Shown piece by piece: positions 1 to 12,612 of a stretch of 64,000 nucleotides of DNA. The translations under genes and the position numbers were made by a program. The notes under the pieces were generated by a model. It was not told the DNA's origin and did no database searches. It saw only the letters and a list, made by a program, of their open reading frames with translations. The first letter of the stretch is position 1, and every line of letters begins with the position of its first letter. The DNA comes from Lytechinus pictus (lineage: Eukaryota), in contig NC_087252.1 in NCBI RefSeq assembly GCF_037042905.1, forward strand, positions 15,068,001 through 15,132,000. The letters are read 5' to 3'.

Positions 1-423
1 ATTACGACTCCTTGTAATAACATAAGGGAAGCGGGGATGTGACATCATCAGCCATATAAATAACAAACTAAGTGCATTAGATGTTCCTTCCTGCAAATTA
101 TTATATTTCAAGGTAGACATAGCATCAACACAATGTGTTTCATTTTCTCATGTCTTTATATGAAAAAACGCAATAATTACGATTTCATGTAATATAAGAA
201 AAAGGGAAGGGAGGATGTGACACATCATTTTTTTTCATTCAAGACATAAAAAAAATAATAAAATGACATCTGATAGTGCATAGCGCTGGGAAGAGGAGTG
301 ACCTTCGTTTACTTTTTTTTACTTTTCAAATTTCACCAGTTGGATCTCAAATTGTATTGAAAACCTTCCCGGAAAAATTGTTAAGGGCCCTGTGATAGTG
401 CACTATAAATATTCATTGCTGCG

Positions 424-1952
424 CAGTGGCGTACGCAGGATTTTTGAAAAGATAGGGGGTTCAAGCTGAGAGAGATGTAAACAAGTAAAATGCCTCTGGC
501 TGTCTCACCTGCATCACGCGATTCAATATAGCAGCAGTGCTGACTTTGAAAACTACTATAAAATAATTATTCACAAAAAAACACCATTGATATAATGATA
601 CAATAATACATTCATTGACATTTGACCTTGATCATGTGACCTAAAACTTGTCAGTGATACTTGATTACCCCTATATCCACATTTTATACAAGTGCTATAT
701 CTATAAACTTTGAAAATTATGACAGCAATCTAATAATCACCTCTAAAATGGCCAAAGTCCAATTACCTTAAATGACCTTTGACATTGGTCTTGTGACCTG
801 AAACTCGCATGAGATGTTCAGTGATACTTGATGACTCTTATGTCCAAGTTTTATGAACTAGACCAATATACTTACAGAGTTATGATGGTAATTCAACAAA
901 TACCCACAACATGGCCAAAGTCCATTGACCTTTCACCTTGGTCATGTGACCTGAAACTCGCACAAGATGTTCAGTGATACTTGGCTACTCTTATGTCCAC
1001 GTTTTATGAACTAGACCAATACACTTACAGAGATATGATGGTAATTCAACAAATACCCCCAACATGGCCAAAGTTTATTGACCTTATATGACCTTTGACC
1101 TTGGTCGTGTGACCTGAAACTCGGACGAGATGTTCAAAGATACTTGATTACTTTTATGGCCAAGTTTCATGAATCAGATTCATAAACTATCAAAGTTATG
1201 ATGGTAATTCAACAGATACCCCTAATTTGGCCAAAGTTCATTGACCCTAAATGACCTTTAACCTTAATCATGTGACCTGAAACTTGCACAGGATGTTCAG
1301 TGATACTTGATTACTATTATGTCCAAGTTTCATGAATCAGATCCATAAACATTCAAAGTTATGATGGTAATTCAACAGATACCCCAAATTTGGCCAAAGT
1401 TCATTGACCCTAAATGACCTTTGACCTTGGTCATGTGACATGAAACTCAAGCAGGATGTTTAGTAATACTTACTTAACCTTATGTTAAACTTTCATGAAC
1501 TAGGTCCATATATTTTCTAAGTTATGATGACATTTCAAAAACTTAACCTTAGGTTAAGATTTTGATGTTGATTCCCCCAACATGGTCTATTAAAGTTCAT
1601 TGACCCTAAATGAACTTTGACCTTGGTCATGTGACCTGAAACTCAGGCAGAATGTTCAGTGATACTTGATTAACCTTATGGGTTATGGCCAAGTTCCATG
1701 AACTAGGTCCTTTAACCTAGGTCCATATACTTTTTAAGTTATGCTGTCATTTAAAAAACTTAACCTTAGAGATTTGGTGTTGACGCCGCCGCCGCCATCG
1801 CTGTCGTAAAAGTGGCGCCTATAGTCTCACTCTGCTTTTTGAGGGGGGTGAATTCTTAGGGGGCGGGGATTGGGTATAAAAAATATTAAAGGGGGGTTGA
1901 ACACCTGTAACCACCTCCCCCCCCCCCCTCCCTGCGTACATGTACGTCACTG
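424..1952. mobile_element. hAT-like MITE interrupted by a HINE insertion
   Basis: TIRs are CAGTGGCGTACGCAGG (424-439) and CCTGCGTA[CATGTA]CGTCACTG (1931-1952). The 8-bp TSD is TTGCTGCG (416-423) / TTGCTGCA (1953-1960). The flanks rejoin into the repeat family also seen at 31537-32137. Confidence 0.8.
479..1835 (-). mobile_element. Helentron-associated non-autonomous element (HINE/DINE-1-like) with ~128-bp internal tandem repeats, copy 1
   Basis: It shares termini with 61736-63220 (AAACAAGT..AATGCCTCTGGC-GTCTCACCTGCA at one end, (GCC)n..GGCGCCTATAGTCTCACTCTGC at the other). It holds ~9 repeats carrying TGACCTTTGACCTTGGTCATGTGACCTGAAACT. The last subTIR is missing here. Confidence 0.75.
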
Positions 1953-3279
1953 TTGCTGCAACTTGTTTCATTACAAGGTAGACATATCATTCACACACGA
2001 TGAAAGAAATGAAACAATTATGATTTCATGTAATAATATTCATGACGAAGTGAATAACTGGTTTTGGGGGTTTTTTTTACAATATATTGCTTAACTTTGA
2101 AATTCAATAATTTTGCTATTATCTGATATTCATTTAGATATAAATATTTTCTGCCCAGAGTACCCCTAGGTTCCCAATGTCACGGCTGTCTTTAAAGGGA
2201 TACTCCAAGCTGAAGATATTTATATATCAATAAATAGTCAAACTCGCAAAGCAAAAGGCTGAAAATTTCATCAAAATCGGATTACAAATAACTTAGTGAT
2301 TGAATTATAAAGATTTACATTTTTCTGGTCAAACAGTTCTAAGCATGTCTTCACGAACAGATGAATATTCATTAGATCATGTAATGAATATTCATGGAGA
2401 CATGAAGGGCTGATAGATAGATTGATACACTAGACTCTATTTGTACTTCTAACCAGCGCCAATTCGACATACGGTGCAGTGCCGAGCTCCGATTTACCTC
2501 TAAATTTTACATTCTATCAGACAGAGAAATACAAAACCTGCATCATTGTACAGTATGAGAGTGAGTTTACATCTAGTAGACCCCTTCTTAAAGCAACACA
2601 CTGACTGACACACTGACAGCTACGAAAGACAGAAAATCAACTTTCATATCTATATATATATTATTAGGTGAGTTTGCAGTTTGCACATATTTTGAAAGCA
2701 AACATAACTAACAGGGTCAGAAAGTTATGAAAAGAATGTTAAAATTTCCATTGTGTACTTTGCTCTTTTTTTCAAAGGAACTTTGTCTTTGGTCAAGTCA
2801 GGAGAGAAGCTGTACCTTAAATAATTATGAAAGAATTAATGAAATGTGGGTTTGGATTTAACCTGGGGATTTACTTATAATTAGTTGTAAAATTAAGGGA
2901 TATCCTTGGTGTGACATACAGTAAATTGACCTAATGTTACCATTGTCGGACTTTAGTTAAGGCCAGTGGTTCATTGTTGGGCCTTTAAGGCTAATATGAT
3001 CCAACTTAGGGTCTTAGTTATAAAGACAATTCTTTCCTTGTTATTTGACAAATATGCATTGAAAACAATACTACCAAATTAGTATGCTTTTAAGGTATGA
3101 GTACAAAGAGAAAATAAAGTCGAATAAGAGAGCTAATGACAGCAGATGTAAAATGAAGCAAAGGGTGAAGTGATTATGGTGAGAGGCAATCAAAAGAAAT
3201 CAATCAAACAATGAAAACATAAAAATCGATGATAGATCTGCATATTAATGACAATCCCATGACAATACATTGATACGAA

Positions 3280-3624
3280 CACTGGCGGATCCAAGGAGGG
3301 GGGCACATCGAGCTCATACCCCCCCCCTTGATAGCCATAATCAAAATTTGTAATATAATATATGCAAATTTCACCCATGTGTGCCCCACCCCCTATTCAA
3401 TGTGAGGAACCTTTTTTATGAGGGGGGGGGGGGTTGGCGTTGTGGCGTGCGCCTGTAATCCAAGCTATGTGGGGAAGTTACAAATTGATGCAGAGGTTCG
3501 AGGTTCGAGCCCTGGTCGGTCCCAGACGTAAATACTCATATCTGATTGATACATGTCTGACATAACTCAAATACACACATACACTTGTCAAAATTTCATC
3601 AGGAAAATCCTGGATCCGCTCCTG
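3280..3624. mobile_element. Degenerate hAT-like MITE hosting a SINE copy
   Basis: Imperfect TIRs are CACTGGCGGATCCAAGG and CCTGGATCCGCTCCTG. The flanking 8-mers match only partly. Confidence 0.55.
3436..3584 (+). mobile_element. SINE with 7SL/Alu-domain-like head, copy 1 (29-bp internal deletion)
   Basis: Head GGCGTTGTGGCGTGCGCCTGTAATCCAAGCTA, then a GGTTCGAG B-box-like motif and a CA-rich tail. It is nearly identical to 5353-5531 except for a deletion between two GGTC direct repeats. Confidence 0.75.
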
Positions 3625-4017
3625 CTTAGGAATATATAATTTTTGTTAATTCATAAACATCGACTTGAGCATCGCAGAGATAGACTAATGAGAGTCAGAG
3701 AATGAGCATTCTAATTTTATGAAAATAAAAGGCAAATGATTGGAGAGTGGTAAAGAAAAGAGAATAGAAATAGATTAATGATCGAGAGAGGAGTAATGAG
3801 ATAGTGGAAATTCAAGAAAGTGAGAACCCGAGTGAGAAATTGGTCAATCAGATATATAGGCCTATCAACATAAAAACCATTACAAATTTTGAACATGAGG
3901 AGGGGAGAAGAACATTGGTTGTAGTAAAGCTTGAGTACCGAGAGTAAAAAACAGGAAAGAAAGCAATGCAGTGCCATGATTGCTTCACGTCATCAAAGAG
4001 GATCGTGATCCCGCGGC

Positions 4018-4491
4018 ATACCACCACGCGGCGAGCCCCGGCGTGACGCTACCTACCACAGCCCCTTTTAGAGCGTGTACGATGTGATCTGGATCCCGCT
4101 GCATTCTGATTTTCAAGACAAGCGCAAATTTAGAGCGGCGTCATCGGAATCCCGCTGGATCCCGCCCTTGTTAATTTGGACACCTTCCCTAAACTACTGC
4201 ATAACAAAATCTGCCTGGGCGTGGCGGTTCACCTACAATTTAAGGGGCAAGGCGATACCACCACGCGGCGAGCCCCGGCGTGACGCTACCTACCACAGCC
4301 CCTTTTAGAGCGTGTACGATGTGATCTGGATCCCGCTGCATTCTGATTTTCAAGACAAGCGCAAATTTAGAGCGGCGTCATCGGAATCCCGCTGGATCCC
4401 GCCCTTGTTAATTTGGACACCTTCCCTAAACTACTGCATAACAAAATCTGCCTGGGCGTGGCGGTTCACCTACAATTTAAGGGGCAAGGCG
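4018..4491 (+). repeat. Apparently perfect 237-bp tandem duplication spanning the left satellite junction
   Basis: 4018-4254 matches 4255-4491, and the identical ORF translations at 4075 and 4312 are offset by 237. Confidence 0.9.
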
Positions 4492-7400
4492 CGGTAGGCA
4501 CATAACTCACAGACCACCATCTCCGAGCCCGAATCTACTTAAAATATATGTTTATAGACTACCGTGTAAAGAAATAGGACTTGGCGTGGCCGTTCACCTA
4601 CAATTTAAGGGGCAAAGCCCCGTAATTATTCACAGGCAACCAACTCCCAGCCAGAATCTAATAAAATTATGTAAACTACTTCATAATAAAATCTGCCTGG
4701 CTTAGCCGTTCACCTACAATTTAAGGGGCAAGCCCAGTAGGCTCATAACTCACAGGCCACCATCTCCCAGCTCAAATCTTCTTACACTACATAACCTACT
4801 GTATTAAAAAATATTTAAAGATCTGCTTGGGGTGGCCGTTCACCTACAATTTAAGGGGCAAGGCCCGGTAGGCACATAATTTCACAGGTCACCAACCCCC
4901 AGACATAATCAATTAAAATCATTTCAACAAACTACTTTTTTTTGGCCTGGGTGTGGCCGTTCACCTACAATTTAAAGACAAGGCCCGGGAGGCATATAAT
5001 TCACACCCACTGTCTCCCAACCAGAATCTAATAGAATTATGTAAACTACTGCATAACAATATCTGCCTGGGCATGGCCGTTAAGCTAGAACTTAAAGGGG
5101 TAACTCGGTAGGCACATAATTCACAGGCCACCGTCTCCCAGCAAGAATCTAATGGAAATATGTAAAACTAATGCATAACAAAATCTGCTTGGGCGTGGCC
5201 GTTCACCTACAATTTAAGGGCCATGGCCTGGTAGGTACATAATTCACAGGCCACCATCTCCCAGCCAGAATCTACTTAAAATATGTAAACTACCGTGTAA
5301 AAAATAAAAGGATATGACTGGGCATGGCCGTTCACCTACAATTCACCTACAACTGGGCGTTGTGGCGTGCGCCTGCAATCCAAGCTGTGTGGGGAAGTTA
5401 CAAATTGATGCAGAGGTTCGAGGTTCGAGCCCTGGTCACGTCTTTCGGATGGTGACGTTAAAGGTCGGTCCCAGACGTAAATAATCATATCTGATTGATA
5501 CACGTCTGACAAAAACTAAAATACACACACACACCTACAATTTAAGGGGCAAGGCCCGGTAGGCACATAATTTACAGGCCACCATCTCCCAGTCAGAATC
5601 TACTTAAACTATACAAACTACCATAAAAATAAAAAGATATGACTGGGCGTAGCTCTCACCTACAATTTAAGGAGCAAGGCCCAGTGGCAAATAATACACA
5701 GGCCACCATCTTTTAGCCAGAATCTACTTAGAATATGTAAACTACCGTGTAAAAAAAAGATCTGCTTGGGGTGGCCGTTCACCTACAATTTAAGGAGCAA
5801 GGCCCGGTAGGTACATAATTCACCTAGGCCACCATCTCCCAGCAAGAATCTAATGGAAATATGTAAACTAATGCATAACAAAATCTGCTTGGGCGTGGCC
5901 GTTCACCTACAATTTAAGGGCCAAGGCCCGGTAGGTACATAATTCACAGGCCACCATCTCCCAGCCAGAATCTATAAAATATGTAAACTACCGTGTAAAA
6001 AATAAAAAGATATGACTGGGCATGGCCGTTCACCTACAATTTAAGGGGCAAGGCCCGGTAGGCACATAATTCACAGGCCACCGTCTCCCAGCAAGAATCT
6101 AATGGAAATATGTTAACTATTGCATAACAAAATCTACCTGGGCGTGGCCGTTCACCTACAATTTAAGGGACAAGGCCCGGTAGGTACATAATTTACAGGC
6201 CACCATCTCCCAGCCAGAATCTACTTAAATATGTAAACTACCGTGTAAAAAATAAAAGGATATGACTGGGCATGGCCGTTCACCTACAATTTTAAGGGGC
6301 AAGGCCCGGTAGGCACATCATTCACAGGCCACCACCTCCCAGCCAGAATCTACTTAAACTATGCAAACTACCATACACATAAAAATAAAAAGATATGACT
6401 GGGCGTAGCTCTCACCTACAATTTAAGGGGCAAGGCCCAGTGGCAAATAATTGACAGGCCACCATCTTTTAGCCGGAATCTACTTAGAATATGTAAACTA
6501 CTGTGTAAAAGAAAAAAAGATATTTGGGCGTGGCCGTTCACCTACAATTTAAGGGGCAAAGCCCCATAGGCACATTATTCACAGGCCACCAACTCCCAGC
6601 CAGAATCGAAAATTATGTAAACTACTGCATAACAAAATCTGCCTGGCTTGGCTGTTCACCTACAATTTAATAAGGGGCAAGGCCCAGTAGGCACACCACC
6701 ATCTCCCAGCTCAAATCTTCTTTAATACACTATGTAAACTACTGTATTATAAATATTCAAAAATCTGCCTAGACGTGGCCGTTCACCTATAATTATTAAA
6801 AGGGGCAAGGCCCGGTAGGCACATAATACACAGGTCACCAACTCCCAGCCAGAATCAACTTAAATCATTTAAACAAACTGCTTTTTAAATAAAATAATGA
6901 TTTGCCTGGGTGCGGCCGTTCACCTACAATTTAAGGGGCAAGGCCCAGTAGGCACATTATTTACAGGCCACCATCTCCCAGACAGAATCTATTAACTACC
7001 ATACAAATACAAGAAATAAAGATATGACTGGGCATGGCCGTTCACCTACAATTTAAGGGGCAAGGCCCAGTAGGCACATAATTCACAGGCCACCATCTCC
7101 TAGTAAAAATCTACTTTTAAAAACTATGTAAACTACCATACAAATAAAAATAAAAAGATATGCCTGGGCATGGCTTTCACCAACAATTTAAGCAGCAAGG
7201 CCAAGTAGGCACATTCACAGTCCACCATCTCCCAGCCAGAATCTATTAGAATTACGTAAGCTACTGCATAATAAAATCTACCTGGGCGTGGCCATTCACC
7301 TACAATTTAAGGGGCAAGGCCCGATAGGCACATCATTCACAGGCCACCATCTCCCAGCCAAAATCTATATGTAAACTACCGTGTAAAAAATAAAAAGATA

Positions 7401-10400
7401 TGACTGGGCGTGGCCGTTCACCTACAATTTAAGGGGCAAGGCCCAGTAGGCACATAATTCACAGGCCACCATCTCCTAGTAAAAATCTACTTTAAAAAAC
7501 TATGCAAACTACCATACAAATAAAAATAAAAAGATATGCCTGGGCATGGCTTTCACCAACAATTTAAGCAGCAAGGCCAAGTAGGCACATTCACAGTCCA
7601 CCATCTCCCAGCCAGAATCTATTAGAATTACGTAAGCTACTGCATAATAAAATCTACCTGGGCGTGGTCATTCACCTACAATTTAAGGGGCAAGGCCCGA
7701 TAGGCACATTATTTACAGGCCACCATCTCCCAGACAGAATCTATTAACTACCATACAAATACAAGAAATAAAGATATGACTGGGCATGGCCGTTCACCTA
7801 CAATTTAAGGGGCAAGGCCCAGTAGGCACATAATTCACAGGCCACCATCTCCTAGTAAAAATCTACTTTTAAAAACTATGCAAACTACCATACAAATAAA
7901 AATAAAAAGATATGCCTGGGCATGGCTTTCACCAACAATTTAAGCAGCAAGGCCAAGTAGGCACATTCACAGTCCACCATCTCCCAGCCAGAATCTATTA
8001 GAATTACGTAAGCTACTGCATAATAAAATCTACCTGGGCGTGGTCATTCACCTACAATTTAAGGGGCAAGGCCCGATAGGCACATCATTCACAGGCCACC
8101 ATCTCCCAGCCAAAATCTATATGTAAACTACCGTGTAAAAAATAAAAAGATATGACTGGGCGTGGCCGTTCACCTACAATTTAAGGGGCAAGGCCCAGTA
8201 GGCACATTATTCACAGGCCACCATCTCCCAGCCAGAATCTACTTAAACTATGTAAACAACCATACAAATAAAAATGAAAAGATATGACTGGGTGTGGCTT
8301 TCACCTACAATCTAAGGGGCAAGGCAAAGTAGGCACATTTTAATACAGTCCACCATCTCCCAGCCAGAATCTAATCGAATTACGTAAACTACACTGTCCT
8401 GCATAATAAAATCTGCCTGGACGTGGCCGTTCACCTACAATTTAAGGGGCAAGGCCCAGTAGGCATATAATTCACAGGTCACCATCTCCCAGCCAGAATC
8501 TACTTCAAATATTCAAATTACCGTGGAAGGTATGACTGGGCGTGGCCGTTCACCTACAATTTAAGGGGCAAGGCCCAGTAGGCACATTATTCACAGGCCA
8601 CTATCTCCCAGCCAGAATCTATTTATAAATGTAAACTACCATACAAATGAAAGATGTAAAGAAATGACTGGGCGTGGCCGTTCACCTACAATTTAAGGGG
8701 CAAGGCCCAGTAAGCACATAATTCACAGGCCACCATCTCCCAGCCAAAATCTAAATATGTAAAACTACTGTGTAAAATAAATATAAAGATATGACTGGGC
8801 GTGGCCGTTCACCTATAATTTTAGAGGTAGAGGTAAGGCCCGGTAGGCACATAATACACAGGCCACCATCTCCCAGGAAAAATCTACTTCAAATATTTAA
8901 ATTGCCGTGGAAGATATGACTGGGCGTGGCCGTTCACCTACAATTTAAGGGGCAAGACCCAGTAGGCACATTATTCACAGGCCACCATCTCCCAGACAGA
9001 ATCTACTTAAAATATTTAAATTACAGTGGAAGATATGACTGGGCGTGGCCGTTCACCTACAATTTAAGGGGCAAGGCCCAGTAGGCACATTTTTCACAGG
9101 CCACCATCTCCCAACCAGAATCTATTTATAAATGTAAACTACCATACAAATTAAAGATGTAAAGATATGACTGGGCGTGGCCGTTCACCTACAATTTAAG
9201 GGGCAAAGACCAGTAGGCACATAATTTACAGGCCACCATCTCCCATCCAGAATCTACTTTAAATATGTAAACTACCGTGTAAAAAAAAAAATGACTGGAC
9301 GTGGCCGTTCACCTACAATTTAAGGGGCAATGCCCGGTAGGCACATAATTCACAGGCCACTGTCTCCAAGCAAGAATCTAATGGAATTATGTAAACTACT
9401 GCATAACAAAATCTGCCTGGGCGTGGCCGTTCACCTACAATTTAAGGGGCAAGGCCCAGTAGGTACATAATTCACAGGCCACCATCTCCCAGCAAGAGTC
9501 TACTTTAAATGTTTATTCCGTGTAAAAAATAAAAAAATATGACTGGGCGTGGCCGTTCACCGACAATTTAAGGGGCAAGGCCCGGTAGGTACATAATTCA
9601 CAGGCCACCATCTTTTAGCCGGGATCTACTTTAATATGTAAACTACTGTGTAAAAGAAAAAAATATATGACTGGGCGTGGCCATTCACCTACAATTTAAG
9701 GGGCAAAGCCCGGTAGGCACATTATTCACAGGCCACCATCTCCTAGTCAGAATCTACTTCATGTAACTACCATACAAATAAAAATAAAAAGATATGACTG
9801 GACGTGGCTTTCACCTACAATTTATAAACGGCAAGGCCCAGTAGGCAAATTATTCAAAGGCCACCATCTCCCAGCCAGAATCTACTCGAAATATGTAAAC
9901 TACTATGTTAATAAACATAAAGATAAGACTGGGAATGGCTGTTCACTTACATTCTAAGGGGCAAGGCCCGATAGGCACATAATTCACAGGCCACCATCTC
10001 CCAGCAAGAATCTACTTAAAATATGGAAACTACCATGTAAAAAATAAAAAGATATGACTGGGCATAGCCGTTAACCTACAATTTAAGGGGCAAGGCCCGG
10101 TAGGCACATAATTCACAGGCCATCATCCCCCAAAAAGAATCTAATGGAATTATGTAATTTACTACATTTATAACAAAGTCTGCCTGGGCGTGGCCGTTCA
10201 CCTACATTTTAAGGGGCAAGGACAAGTAGGCACATTATTCACAGGCCACCATCTCCTAGTCAGAACCTACCTAAACTATGTAAACTACCATACAAATTGA
10301 AATAAAAAGATACGATTGGGCGTGGTTGTTCACCTACAATTTAAGGGGCAAGGCCCGGTAGGCACATAATTCACAGGCCACCATCTCCTAGTCAGAATCT

Positions 10401-12612
10401 ACCGTTCCAAACTACTGTATAAAAAAATCTGCCTGGGCGTGGCCGTTCACCTACAATTTAAGGGGTAAGGCCCAGTAGGCATATAATTCACAGGTCACCA
10501 TCTCCAAGCCAGAATCTATTTCAAATATTCAAATTACCGTGGAAGATATGACTGGGCGTGGCCGTTCACCTACAATTTAAGGGGCAAGGCCCAGTAGGCA
10601 CATAATTCACAGGCCACCATCTCCTAGTCAGAACCTACTTTAACTATGTAAACTACCATACAAATTAAAATAAAAAGATACGATTGGGCGTGGTTGTTCA
10701 CCTACAATTTAAGGGGCAAGGCCCGGTAGGCACATAATTCACAGGCCACCATCTCCTAGTCAGAATCTACCGTTCCAAACTACTGTATAAAAAAATCTGC
10801 CTGGGCGTGGCCGTTCACCTACAATTTAAGGGGTAAGGCCCAGTAGGCACATTATTCACAGGCCACCATCTCCCAGCCAGAATCTATTTAACTACCATAC
10901 AAATGGAAGATGTAAAGAAATGACTGGGCGTGGCCGTTCACCTACAATTTAAGGGGCAAGGCCCAGTAGGCACATAATTCACAGGCCACCATCTCCCAGC
11001 CAAAATCTAAATATGTAAGACTACTGTGTAAAAAAAATATAAAGATATGACTGGGCGTGGCCGTTCACCTATAATTTTAGAGGTAGAGGTAAGGCCCGGT
11101 AGGCACATAATTCACAGACCACCATCTCCCAGGAAGAATCTACTTCAAATATTTAAATTGCCGTGGAAGGAAGATATGACTGGGCGTGGCCGTTCACCTA
11201 CAATTTAAGGGGCAAGACCCAGTAGGCACATTTTTCACAGGTCACCATCTCCAAACCAGAATCTATTTATAAATGTAAACTACCATACAAATTAAAGATG
11301 TAAAGATATGACTGGGCGTGGCTGTTCACCTACAATTTAAGGGGCAAGGCCCGGTAGGTACATAATTCACAGACCACCATCTCCCAGGAAGAATCTACTT
11401 CAAATATTTAAATTGCCGTGGAAGATATGACTGGGCGTGGCCATTCACCTACAATTTAAGGGGCAAGACCCAATAAGCACATTATTCACAGGCCACCATC
11501 TCCCAGACAGAATCTACTTGAAATATTTAAATTACCATGGAAGATATGACTGGGCGTGGCCGTTCACCAACAATTTAAGGGGCAAAGACCAGTAGGCATA
11601 TAATTTACAGGCCACCATCTCCCATCCAGAATCTACTTTAAATATGTAAACTACCATGTAAAAATAAAAAATGACTGGGCGTGGCCGTTCAGCTACAATT
11701 TAAGGGGCAATGCCCGGTAGGCACATAATTCACAGGCCACTGTCTCCCAGCAAGAATCTAATGGAATTATGTAAACTACTGCATAACAAAATCTGCCTGG
11801 GCGTGGCTGTTCACCTACAATTTAAGGGGCAAGGCCCGGTAGGTACATAATTCACAGGCCACCATCTCCCAGCAAGAATCTACTTAAAATATGGAAACTA
11901 CAGTGTAAAAAATAAAAAGATGTGACTGGGCATAGCCGTTAACCTACAATTTAAGGGGCAAGGCCCGGTAGGCACATAATTCACAGGCCACCGTCCCCCA
12001 GCAAGAATCGAATGGAATTATGTAAACTACTACATAACAAAGTCTGCCTGGGCGTGGCCATTCACCTAAATTTTAAGGGGCAAGGACAAGTAGGCACATA
12101 ATTTACAGGCCACCATCTCCTAGTCAGAATCTACCTAAACTATGTAAACTACCATACAAATAAAAATAAAAAGATACGATTGGGCGTGGTCGTTCACCTA
12201 CAATTTAAGGGGTAAGGCCCAGTAGGCACATAATTCACAGGCCACCATCTCCCAGCCAGAAGTAAACTACAGTGTAAAAAATATAAAGATATGACTGGGC
12301 ATGGCCATTCACCTACAATTTAAGGGGAAAGGCCCCCTAGGCATTAACCAGTTGATCCAATGGCCATTTCGCCCGTACCAATTGGTCTAATTGGAAGTAT
12401 GAATTGGGCGAACTGAATGAAATCAAAATGAATATTGTAGGTGGCCGTTCACCTACAATTTAAGGGGCAAGGCCCGGTAGGCACATTATTCACAGGCCAC
12501 CATCTCCCAGCCAGAATCTACTTAAAATACATATAAACTACCGTGTAAAAAAATAAAGATATGACTGGGCGTGGCTGTTCACCTACAATTTAAGGGGAAA
12601 GGCCCCTTAGGC
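4190..12612 (+). repeat. Satellite array, ~120-125-bp monomer, roughly 65-70 copies
   Basis: The conserved core CTGGGCGTGGCCGTTCACCTACAATTTAAGGGGCAAGGCCC(A/G)GTAGGCACATAATTCACAGGCCACCATCTCCCAGCCAGAATCTA plus an AT-rich variable segment is repeated head-to-tail. The copy number is estimated from length. Confidence 0.95.
5353..5531 (+). mobile_element. SINE with 7SL/Alu-domain-like head, copy 2 (full length) inserted in the satellite
   Basis: It is flanked by a 9-bp TSD CACCTACAA (5344-5352 / 5532-5540). Head CTGGGCGTTGTGGCGTGCGCCTGCAATCCAAGCT, then GGTTCGAG twice, GTCTTTCGGATGGTGACGTTAAAGGTCGGTCCC and a (CA)n tail. Confidence 0.85.

Noticed and set aside
3436..3584. Human Alu contamination or a true 7SL gene
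   Set aside because: The similarity ends after ~45 nt, with no S domain, no dimer structure and no poly(A) tail. The second copy is integrated with a TSD in a native satellite.
4075..4497. Duplicated 77- and 61-aa ORFs
   Set aside because: They are a by-product of the 237-bp duplication, start at GTG and run into satellite sequence.
4190..12612. CRISPR-like appearance (constant repeat plus variable spacer)
   Set aside because: The repeat is ~85 bp, the variable parts are homologous and recur, there are no cas genes, and the context is eukaryotic. It is a satellite.
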